Assembly (NCBI GenBank): GCA_048013815.1
Contig: CM106586.1
Coordinates: forward strand, 19,654,001 to 19,718,000
From: Setoptus koraiensis
Taxonomy: Eukaryota > Animalia > Arthropoda
Direction of reading: 5' to 3'
DNA: 64,000 bases
Part shown: positions 35,005 through 43,907 of the stretch, in pieces
Position numbering within the stretch: position 1 is the first letter of the stretch
How the letters are laid out: each line of letters starts with the position of its first letter
Program-made: the position numbers and the translations under genes
The notes under the pieces: model-generated
The model's input: the letters and a program-made list of their open reading frames with translations, nothing else
What the model was told of the DNA's origin: nothing
Databases searched by the model: none

Positions 35005-36036
35005 AGATGCATCCAGCAACCAGATTTCGACGACAGTCGTCGTGTTGTTGTGGCCAACGTCGTCCCCGTGCAATCATACAAGCACCAGCTACGACACACA
35101 GACCTAGTGCCAGACGACGACAAATCAGTGATGTTAGATCCATTTTCAGATGCCTTCGAGGTAAATCCTGACTTCATTGAGAGCATGGCACCTGGATGGA
35201 AACAGAGCTTCAACTTGGCCTCCTATGTAAATAAGTCCAAAACGTTACAAACCTTCCTCAGCATGGGCGTTAGTCTATTCGACATTGAAAGCATTAGCAG
35301 AAAGAATGCCATATATTTCTTAAGTCTGGATTTCGAAAGAGATTGCGCTGCACACATAAGATTTCTAGTCGACAATGGTTTAAAGACGGACAGATTAGGT
35401 TGGTTTTTTTCCGAGAACCCCGTTATATTCAAAGAGTCCTTGGACGACCTACAAGTTCGATTAAACTATCTGAAGTCGAAAAAATTCACTCGATCTATGA
35501 TAGCCCAGATGATGAATAAGTCGGCTTTAATCTGGTCGCAGAATACAAAAACTATGGATCACAAACTCGGGCTTATTCAGACTGAGTTCCGACTTCCAGG
35601 GGAATATGTTAGAAGAATAGTCACTAAACATCCTACAGCAATTTTAATACCACATGGACAGATGTACATCGTGCGGTTCTCATTCCGAGAGGAGTATGGA
35701 TTCGATGAAGCTCAATTGCATCAATTGTTATTGGCTGAACCGTCTATACTGGAATCGCAAAGATCAGAGATGTTCAACCGTTTCCATTTAATCCATTCTG
35801 AAATGGAGCTGAGCCTCGATATGTTGATCAAGTTCCCCAAACTATTCACATGTCCAATTATGGATGTTAGGTGGCGTTACCGGTATCTTGCCAAACTGAA
35901 AAGAGCTCAATTTGATCCAAAAGTACCCCTGTACGTTCCTCCTAGTGCTTTTTACGACTGCGAAGACGATGTTTTTTGCAAAAAATACGCCAAGACGAAC
36001 ATAGAAGATTATAAGCTCTTTTTGAAGTCGGTCTAG
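34876..36036 (+). CDS. MTERF3: Mitochondrial transcription termination factor 3-like with MRPL13-derived N-terminus, 386 aa, intronless
   Basis: LASYVNKSKTLQ...MGVSL, LDFERD...IRFL.D.G, NP.IF...LDDLQVRLNYL.SKKF and C-terminal AQFDP..PLYVP...DEDDVFC match MTERF3/MTERFD1; the true start codon is uncertain. Confidence 0.88.
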   Translation: MLTRLRRVKQWQTFTRTWWLYDAKWQDPFDSGLLISRYLSGKQRCIQQPDFDDSRRVVVANVVPVQSYKHQLRHTDLVPDDDKSVMLDPFSDAFEVNPDFIESMAPGWKQSFNLASYVNKSKTLQTFLSMGVSLFDIESISRKNAIYFLSLDFERDCAAHIRFLVDNGLKTDRLGWFFSENPVIFKESLDDLQVRLNYLKSKKFTRSMIAQMMNKSALIWSQNTKTMDHKLGLIQTEFRLPGEYVRRIVTKHPTAILIPHGQMYIVRFSFREEYGFDEAQLHQLLLAEPSILESQRSEMFNRFHLIHSEMELSLDMLIKFPKLFTCPIMDVRWRYRYLAKLKRAQFDPKVPLYVPPSAFYDCEDDVFCKKYAKTNIEDYKLFLKSV

Positions 36037-36068
36037 GAGTCATCCGTGGAACCACGTGGCAATTCGTT

Positions 36069-37595
36069 CTACATTTGTCTTGGGATCAATCTCAAGTCGA
36101 TTCTTCTCTCAGGAGTTGTGACCATGCGCAACTTTATCTCAATGTTATCATCTATCACCGGCTCAATCTTGAAATTTGTTACTATTCTAGATATTAGGAG
36201 TCGCATTTGTAACTCCGCCATCCGCCTACCAATGCACGCTCTTACTCCTTTTCCAAAAGGTAAACTCGCGTATCTATTTCTAGTCATTGGACATGATATA
36301 GTTGGATCAGATGAGGAACGGAGCCATCTCTCTGGAAAAAACTCTTGAGCTTTGCTGAAATATTTTTCATCACGACTTGTAGTGAATAGAGAATATATAA
36401 TCGTTTTACCTGCGGGAAGTTTGTAGTTGTACAAATTTATATCACAATCCAGAGTCCTAGCGATAAAAGGAGCGATCGGATACAAGCGTAAGGTTTCCTT
36501 AATACACGCTTCAGTATAAGACTTATGATCCGGTGAGCGGTCCCGTGTGATTGTTTTTGACTCAGAGAAAATGCTCTCTTGATGAGAGGTATTTTTACTT
36601 AAAAGATACAAAACCCATTGTACTGCATTTGCTGTGGTATCAGTTGCAGCCAAGATTAAATCAACGATAGATTGGACGACCTGTTTCTCATTCATATGTA
36701 GAATCATATCTTCTGCAATGCTCGTGGAATCCAGATGTTCTCCGGAGGCTTTGTATGCTTTCGATTGTCCTTTCTTTGTGATATGAGATGTGCATCGGTC
36801 TACATAGAAGCTGGCCAATTCAATTGACCTGGACATATGACGGTCGAACTTCTTCCAAACGCCCAATCCTAATGCCCAAGCAAGCTTTGGTGGAACAATT
36901 TGGAATGTTGAAGTAGTTTCGAACACACCATTTACGCTACGAACTAGTTCTAAAGACTCCTTATTAGCGTCATTGAGGCAATCTAATCTTCGATCAAAAA
37001 GTATTATACCTGTAGACTCTATTGACCATCTATTTAGATCGTTCTTCAGATCTTCAATCAAAATTGATCCATCCTCTCTTTGGTGCCTATTCCATCTGGC
37101 AAATAAATCATCGATAGCGTCATTAAAAAGATGTATACGTGTGCGAATCCTACGTTCAAAGTTTTGTGGTTCAAGGAAGACTTTATTCATAAATCGACGA
37201 GTTTCGCCCCATTCTTGACCACGCATGAAAAATAAGCCGCGCTGTACATTTTTTATTTCATTATATAACTCCCATGCTGGTGGTACATTGTGATGAGGAT
37301 ATTTACCTTCGTAACGGGTTACTTGCTCGAAGATATCTGCATCCGCGACAAAGATAAGTTCAGTTGTGCCCAAGCTTTGTCTGAATATAGGACCCAACAA
37401 TACATGTTGCGTATCAATATGACGATGCAGATAACCAGGTCCACCTTCTTTAATAAGCTCGATCATAGGTATTCCTCTAGGTTTTGGTATATCTTCGCAT
37501 CTTAAGAGATTGCCCGAGTGAAGCTTGACCACCTGTTGGCATCTTCTTGTAATGTCCAATATTCTGCCTGAGGATACTAGCTGCAAGGATGTCAT
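36069..37595 (-). CDS. CYP315A1: Mitochondrial-clan cytochrome P450, ecdysteroid 2-hydroxylase (shadow), 508 aa, intronless
   Basis: Heme motif PFGKGVRACIG, ETLR, PERW, AATDTT; N-terminal GG..YLHRHID..H...GPIFR..LG and EGKYPHH..P.AW.LYN...RGLFFM.G.EW match shadow. Confidence 0.88.
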   Translation of the reverse strand: MTSLQLVSSGRILDITRRCQQVVKLHSGNLLRCEDIPKPRGIPMIELIKEGGPGYLHRHIDTQHVLLGPIFRQSLGTTELIFVADADIFEQVTRYEGKYPHHNVPPAWELYNEIKNVQRGLFFMRGQEWGETRRFMNKVFLEPQNFERRIRTRIHLFNDAIDDLFARWNRHQREDGSILIEDLKNDLNRWSIESTGIILFDRRLDCLNDANKESLELVRSVNGVFETTSTFQIVPPKLAWALGLGVWKKFDRHMSRSIELASFYVDRCTSHITKKGQSKAYKASGEHLDSTSIAEDMILHMNEKQVVQSIVDLILAATDTTANAVQWVLYLLSKNTSHQESIFSESKTITRDRSPDHKSYTEACIKETLRLYPIAPFIARTLDCDINLYNYKLPAGKTIIYSLFTTSRDEKYFSKAQEFFPERWLRSSSDPTISCPMTRNRYASLPFGKGVRACIGRRMAELQMRLLISRIVTNFKIEPVIDDNIEIKLRMVTTPERRIDLRLIPRQM

Positions 37596-37876
37596 ATTAT
37601 CTCACAGGGTAACCTAGGGGAACTCAACTCTCGGATTTTTTTCTAATGGGTCTGTCTTTGTGGATCTTGACGAGCTGAGTGTAACCCGAACAACCGATAA
37701 CATCAACCCATCTTCATAGCCTCCGTAACGCATGTGGGAGGGTGGCGTGTATGCCAAAAAACGCTTCTGTGCATGCGCAACGCCGAGAGAAGACCGGATT
37801 ATTCCAGAAACAAAAAATAATCCGGTTAAGATTTCATTAGGATTGGTATAAAGTATAATAAGAACAACAAACAAAG

Positions 37877-38200
37877 ATGATTTTATTCTGTCCCAATTGT
37901 GGCAATAGACTACTACTATCAGAGGGAGACACATCCTACGTATTCAAATGTCTCACTTGCCCTCATATACAGCGTGTCAAAGACAGGATAACTGCCGCTA
38001 AATACCCTAAACTAAAAGACGTAGACGATGTTCTTGACGATGCCAATACATGGAAGAATGTCGACCAAGCTGACACAAAATGTCCCAAGTGTGAATTCGA
38101 AAAGGCCTACTTCATGCAGTTACAAACTAGATCAGCTGACGAGCCCTCAACCACGTTCTACCGTTGTGTCCAATGTGCATACAATTGGAAGGAAAATTGA
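37877..38200 (+). CDS. POLR3K: RNA polymerase III subunit RPC10/C11, 107 aa
   Basis: FCPNCGN..L zinc ribbon, KLKDVDDVL, CPKC...AYFMQLQTRSADEPSTTFYRC. Confidence 0.93.
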   Translation: MILFCPNCGNRLLLSEGDTSYVFKCLTCPHIQRVKDRITAAKYPKLKDVDDVLDDANTWKNVDQADTKCPKCEFEKAYFMQLQTRSADEPSTTFYRCVQCAYNWKEN

Positions 38201-38345
38201 CAAATTCTGTATAGTCTGAACCTATCTAATCTATATTTATTTATCGTAAAGCATACAGAATTAACAAGTTACATTCTGGGTAGACCTGCTTGTGCTAATG
38301 ATATTACAAGTTGTTAAATAATTGTGAAGACAAAAAAAATCACTT

Positions 38346-38903
38346 TCAACTATCTTGATCCAAACGAAAGTCCGGGTGGTAATCGAACAACTTTGGAAAT
38401 TTGTCCAGTTCTTCTGCACTGCACTCCTCAATTTTCTTTGGCACAACCCTCAATTGTCTGATTTGGGCTGTAATATTTTGTTTAATGTCTTCAGGTATCT
38501 TTTCATCTCGAAACATCATTAGTCTGGCAAAGAATTCTTTTCTTCGCAAACTGTCCCTGTTGTATCTACAGCTTTTATAAATGGCACGCTCCAAGACAAA
38601 TGTGGGATCTTTCTGATGCAACGACCACGCGGAAGCCCATTTGGCACCTCCGGCATATTGAGTATGATGAAAGAAGAATCTCCACTTCCACTCTTGATTA
38701 GGTAAGGCCACATGAGCGGCATTTATGACTACCACGTGATCTCCACAATCTAGATCGGGGTGCCAGATGGGCTTTTGCTTTCCACTCAGATATCTGGATA
38801 TAAGTAGGCCACTGTCAAAGGGATCCTGCCATTTCGCGTCATACAGCCACCATGTTCGTGTGAATGTTTGCCATTGTTTCACTCGCCTCAATCTTGTGAG
38901 CAT
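38346..38903 (-). CDS. MRPL13: Mitochondrial ribosomal protein L13 (uL13m), 185 aa, intronless
   Basis: QW.TF.R.W..YDAKWQ.P..S...I..YL.GK.KPIWHP..DCGDHVVVIN...F.HT.Y.GG signature. Confidence 0.93.
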   Translation of the reverse strand: MLTRLRRVKQWQTFTRTWWLYDAKWQDPFDSGLLISRYLSGKQKPIWHPDLDCGDHVVVINAAHVALPNQEWKWRFFFHHTQYAGGAKWASAWSLHQKDPTFVLERAIYKSCRYNRDSLRRKEFFARLMMFRDEKIPEDIKQNITAQIRQLRVVPKKIEECSAEELDKFPKLFDYHPDFRLDQDS

Positions 38904-39140
38904 TGTCTGTTGTGGGCAGCTGATGGTGTGAATTGAAAAATATTTCTATCTTGAATTCGAATAGATTTCATCCAAGTTGGTCGTGTCTTTCTGGGGGCCG
39001 GTGTCCGTTAAAGTTTAACAACAAGCCCATTAGGTTAAATAGGATGGTGATGCAGGTTTTTACATTAACTTGAAGTCATTTCGTCTTTATCGTAACGTTG
39101 TCGGCTAGAATGCTCATGTGCTGTTAAGATTCGTGTGCAT
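38775..39140. repeat. Right arm of inverted duplication (partner 34619-35004)
   Basis: Reverse complement aligns to 34619-35004, with an indel-bearing diverged outer flank. Confidence 0.95.
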
Positions 39141-39542
39141 GCATAAATAGCGCACTCGCACAGCGTGTCTGTTCTCAGGTTCTACAATGCATTTTCAAAA
39201 AATAAAAATATATCACGGAGGACAGCGTAGCATTGTCTGTGGAAATTGCGGCCAACCTAAACAACAAACAATCAATCAATTTCAGCCAGATTATTTACTT
39301 ATACAGAATCAAACAAACAAATTACAATTATTATTTTCAATAACAATAACACCCATGTTAATTTATTTATCCACTCATACAAGCTTGTAATATAATCAAA
39401 ATTTTCTTCATAACGATAAGTAGGAAATTCCATATAAAATTATTAAGCACTATTATATCAGAAAAACACATTCACAAATAGACACATAAAACCGCGCTCG
39501 GTCGAACCAAAATACTGATAATAATAACCAATCATTTAGATT

Positions 39543-40043
39543 ATGATGGAAACTGGAGCCCTATTGCTCAAGAAACAGCTAGCAGAATTAAATAAGCATC
39601 CTGTGGAAGGTTTCTCGGCTGGTCTTATAAACGATAATGATATCTATAAATGGGAGGTTATGATCATTGGACCTACAGATACATTATTTGAGGGAGGTTT
39701 TTTTAAAGCTCATTTAGAATTCCCACGTGACTACCCTGTCAAGCCCCCTAAGATGAGATTTATCACCGATATATGGCATCCAAACATTGGCAAGGATGGT
39801 CATGTTTGTATATCTATTCTGCATGAGCCAGGAGATGATCAATTTGGTTACGAAAAAGCCTCAGAGAGATGGCTACCCGTCCATTCAGTAGAAACTATCT
39901 TGATTAGTGTTATATCTATGCTTGCCGACCCAAACGATCAATCACCCGCAAACGTAGACGCAGCTAAAGAATGGCGTGAAAACTATCCGGAATTCAAACG
40001 CAAAGTGGCAATGTGCGTTAAGAAGAGCCAAGAGGACATTTAG
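39543..40043 (+). CDS. UBE2G1: Ubiquitin-conjugating enzyme E2 G1 (Ubc7 family), 166 aa, intronless
   Basis: LLLKKQLAELNKHPVEGFSAGL, WHPNI...G.VCISILH.PGDD..GYE..SERWLPVH acidic-loop signature. Confidence 0.95.
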   Translation: MMETGALLLKKQLAELNKHPVEGFSAGLINDNDIYKWEVMIIGPTDTLFEGGFFKAHLEFPRDYPVKPPKMRFITDIWHPNIGKDGHVCISILHEPGDDQFGYEKASERWLPVHSVETILISVISMLADPNDQSPANVDAAKEWRENYPEFKRKVAMCVKKSQEDI

Positions 40044-40159
40044 AGAATAAATAAAAATTTTCAAATTGTGGATGTATGTGTGTAAGGAAACAAACAAGAA
40101 ACCAAGATTCCGTTGTATATGTGCGATCACAGTGTTCTTTTATTTAATCAATTCTACAA

Positions 40160-40537
40160 TTATTTAAAAGCAAATTTTCTTGAAGCACGCATAGTCGCTA
40201 GTCTCTTTTTGTCCTCTTCGAATTTGTCCCTTAATTCTTGCAATTGTTTCAACTTGCTCTCTCGTATCTCGAATGAATAGAAGTTCAATAGTTTATCTTT
40301 CTTTTCCTTCTTCAGCTTCTTGGCCTTGTCTTTGATGATTGCCCGTTTGGTTGGGTCCTTACCCTTCTTAGATCGCACAGTTATCCATCCGTCCTCGTCC
40401 GGTTCGACAGGAGCCCTCAGTCTATCCTTTAGCTCTTTAGATCTTGCTTCGTATTGTTCCAACGTCTGTTTGATTTCTTTTTTTAATTGTTCGACATTAA
40501 CTATGGAATTATTGTATTCTTGCATAAACAATTCCAT
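40160..40537 (-). CDS. RRP7A: RRP7-like protein, C-terminal domain only, 125 aa
   Basis: PDEDGWITV...LLNFY.FE.RESK...L.ELR.KFEEDKKR...MRA.RKF is the RRP7 C-terminal motif; in-frame stop a few codons upstream of the ATG. Confidence 0.8.
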   Translation of the reverse strand: MELFMQEYNNSIVNVEQLKKEIKQTLEQYEARSKELKDRLRAPVEPDEDGWITVRSKKGKDPTKRAIIKDKAKKLKKEKKDKLLNFYSFEIRESKLKQLQELRDKFEEDKKRLATMRASRKFAFK

Positions 40538-41445
40538 TGTGACAGCGGATCAAACAGTTGTTGAAGTTTTGTGATTAAGGGAGCCCGAGGTGGATGAGCA
40601 CGTTTTTAATACGAAAAAATAATATTCGACACAGTCGGCATGCCATCAGTAGTAAATCTGCCATGATGGCGCACAACTAGCTCACATCTTTTGTCACTAG
40701 ATGGCCAGATGCCTTCATCGAGTTCAAATAGTGTTGTCAAGCAACGCCCTAAGGTGGTTTCTCACACACCTTACTTATAGCGCCCCTTACAGCAAAGTGC
40801 GTAACTAAATTTGATGTTATTAACTGTATACATTTCCTGCATTCACCATAAGCAAGTGTTGATGCACAGGTTAACTGTTTATTTTATTCATGGCAACTTG
40901 ATTCGACGGTGGTAAACAGAACTTTTTGGGCGATGCCTTTTTTGTTGTCCATGCACTTGTCTTCAATAGTTCCTGATTCATCCAATGAATATTAGCACGG
41001 ATAATTAATTGCCTTATTGCATCATTTTTACACATGCTCCTCTGATATCCGTCCATGGACGCTCATACAAATACGAATTGGATGCAGACACCAATATTAT
41101 TAGATCATCCTAACTTGAGAGACATGGCATGATTACTGATTTATCAACTCTACTGCATCACAATTTTAACGAATCTCGTCCTGTAGCGAGGAATATTAGA
41201 ATCAACCTCAAATGAACTCTCATCATATACCCTATTTTCGGCCTTGTATGACTCATCAAAAAATAACACCAACGTACTCCAACTAAGATGCCTTCACCGT
41301 AACATTATTGGAACATGTAAACAAATATTTAAATCTCAAACTATATTATAAAACTAACAATATACTTAAACCACATTGAATTGTCACTTGTGTTCCTCGG
41401 CCCATCCAAATTATTGGTTTTGAATGGAATAATTTATCATCTAAA

Positions 41446-42267
41446 ATGTCTTCAATTGTAAGCTACGCTAACACAAACAACAACAATCATGTACAGGAAG
41501 CACAATCTAATGAGAAGAAGGAGAGAAAACATCGATTGAATATTTCTCAACGTTTACATAATACAGGTGTGTTGGCATTTGTTTCATTCGTTGTACTACT
41601 TATTGCATTCGCAAGCCCTTATTGGCTGTCATCCTATGGATACACATCTTCAAAATTTAAGCACATGGGCCTCTGGGACTTCTGTTTTCAGGATTACAGG
41701 CACCCATTCTATCAATATGACACGAAATTCACTGGCTGCCATTGGATCTATAGCAACGTATTCCTAAATGTGAGAGACTGGCTTCAGCCACCATGGTTGA
41801 TATTTGTTCAGACTATGATGACATTCGCCTTATGCTTGAGCGCACTTGGATTGATCTCAGTATCTGCCTTATTCATGCATTACTTGATAAGGTTTCAGGT
41901 TGCTATATTACTATTAGCATTCGTATGTCATCTTTTTGTGGCATTATTTCTTGGTTTTGCTGTCACGGTGTTTGCGCTCAAAGCATTTGACAGAAACTGG
42001 ATACAATACCCGAACTTCAACCATCTAGATTGGGCATACATTCTTGCAGTTGTATCATTTTTGGGCAACTGCACAACTACATACTTTTACTTGGGTGAGA
42101 TAAAAACTCTAAAGGCACAAATGGAACGTATGAAAAGATTGGTTATCAGCACTGACAAGAAATCAGATATCGACTCTATAGATGCTGTCTATACTTCACG
42201 ATCATACAATCAAGGGACCCCTGTCGGATTAGACCGAAGTACATATCCGCATTTTACTCAGGTTTGA
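41446..42267 (+). CDS. pck: Septate-junction claudin, Megatrachea/pickel-like, 273 aa, intronless
   Basis: Four hydrophobic segments; F.SPYW..SY.....FK.MGLW..CF.D...P.Y.....FTGCH.I.S...R.WL.P.WL..VQ and R.W..YP.FN.L.W.Y.LAVV resemble Drosophila Mega. Confidence 0.8.
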   Translation: MSSIVSYANTNNNNHVQEAQSNEKKERKHRLNISQRLHNTGVLAFVSFVVLLIAFASPYWLSSYGYTSSKFKHMGLWDFCFQDYRHPFYQYDTKFTGCHWIYSNVFLNVRDWLQPPWLIFVQTMMTFALCLSALGLISVSALFMHYLIRFQVAILLLAFVCHLFVALFLGFAVTVFALKAFDRNWIQYPNFNHLDWAYILAVVSFLGNCTTTYFYLGEIKTLKAQMERMKRLVISTDKKSDIDSIDAVYTSRSYNQGTPVGLDRSTYPHFTQV

Positions 42268-42599
42268 TTCCTTTTCAATATCTGCGCTTAGATCAAATCG
42301 ATTTAATTGATTGTTATGAGAACTCCGATAGTTGAAATGAAGCATAGTATTATAATGGTAATGTAACTAATTTGAATCTTATGAAGTATCAATAAAGGGC
42401 AAGGCGACTTTATTACGCCTGTAACGACCAGAATCTGTCTGATTTTTTGAGGGGAGAGTTAGGACGACCAACTCGGTAAAAATGATTAGATTTTCACCAA
42501 GATTCGAGCATATAAAGCAAGAGGCTATTATGACGATGGTGCGCATTGGAGTTTGCGACCGTGGTACACAGTTAATCAGCAATTGACCATCCTGATTAC

Positions 42600-43320
42600 C
42601 CACCAAAAAGTTTATTGATTTGACGATTGCGTAACTTTTTTCCATTGAAAATCCCGTTACTGTGAGAATACTGTTGATTTTATCGGTGCATTTCGAACAT
42701 GATCTAGCTTTTCATCAACAAAGATTTGGCAAGATTTGCGTCTCATTCAAATGCTCGAGTTTTGTATCCAATAGTGCAAGGCCCTCCAATGTAAATCCGG
42801 GTACAACTATCCCTACGTCCAATGGAGCAACACAAATTGTTGATCCTCCCCTAGCTCACAAGGGGTGCCAAAATCTCGCACTTGTCAGTCTGTTAATGGA
42901 TGAGGGGTCATTTGAATGGAATTCCATGATATTGCCGCGATGTATTATACGCATATCATGTGAATTCTCCATTCCAGCGGCTTGATGTTTCGGCACTAAT
43001 GCGAATTTGATTTCTTCCAAACCAAAACTGTTAGCCTGATCATCAAGTACATGTATATAAAAAAAAATGCAGAGCTCCATTATGAGCACTTCATGATCTG
43101 ATTCTACTGCGATCAGTTCGAATTCATGTTCTCATGGTTCCCTTTTTAAAATTCACCCCTCTGCAGCTCATAAGGCCTCAGATAACTCAGATTGAATTCC
43201 TTCACTGCCACAAGTTCTCTACCATCTTTTTTTTGCTCGTTCTTTCATAAACACTACCTGTTGCTCTCTTGCCCAACAGCATTTGTGGCCCAGATGTAAC
43301 TTTTGAAATAGTGAGGTTGA
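42600..43320 (-). pseudogene. Decayed IKKepsilon/TBK1 (ik2)-like kinase
   Basis: Across shifted frames: SYIW/LLGKRATGSVY (43247-43279), ELVAVKEFNLSYLRPYELQRGEF* (VAVK 43200-43211), NHEN, VLIMELC, LDDQANSFGLEEIKFALV..H.AAGM, IIHR--GNIM (42925-42942), DFGTPCELGEDQQFVLLHWT*G*LYPDL (DFG 42867-42875). Several stops and frameshifts. Confidence 0.85.
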
Positions 43321-43590
43321 AGGTCCTTGTAATTGGTATTAGACCAAATTAGTAGAGTTATTTTGATCAAATTTGGTATAATAACAGTGCAATAGATCAC
43401 GTCTTGAATTTCTGTTTTATTGCTCGGTTTCAGTTGAAATAAGTTGAGACTGCAAATAATCACTGGGTGTAGCTGATTACGAAATGTTTATGTGGCCAGT
43501 TCGTGCTGACAGGTAAGTTAGTTTACTCAGGATGTTGCACTCAAATATTGTCCGTTTCCATGGATCCAATAAATATTACAACAGTAAAGT

Positions 43591-43907
43591 GTTAAATATA
43601 TACTGTATAGCGGTGCAGTCCGAATGAGAGATCTCGAGACAAGAGGCAAAGCATATCAATTTCCGCTACTAATATTGTGTCGGCGAAGAGTTCAAACAGG
43701 AATTATCTCAGTTTCACAACCAAAGTGCAAGAAAATTCCGATCGTAATGGGAGCTTTGTTTTTAGTAGTGATAAATTATCTGAGGTGATGACAACAACTA
43801 TAAGGCAGGCGTTCGATTTAAATCACAGGAAGGACTTAGCTCAGAAAAATACTCAAAGGTTGGAACAGAAAATAATGAACAAAAAAGCGACTGTCCCGGA
43901 TTTTTAG
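43591..43907 (+). pseudogene. Decayed ced-6/GULP1-like PTB-domain adaptor fragment
   Basis: GAVRMRDLETRGKAYQFPL, then frameshifts, then YLSFTTK...SFVFSSDKLSEVMTTTIRQAFDLNHRK, compared with recalled CED-6 'HQFPL..ISYCAD..FSFIAK..CFVF.S.K.A..ITLTIGQAFDLAYRKF'. Confidence 0.7.

Noticed and set aside
43254-43463. Fibronectin-III-like reading of LQPHYFKSYIWATNAVGQES
   Set aside because: Better explained as the frameshifted start of the ik2/TBK1 pseudogene (SYIW..LLGK.ATGSVY), since all downstream kinase motifs follow in order.
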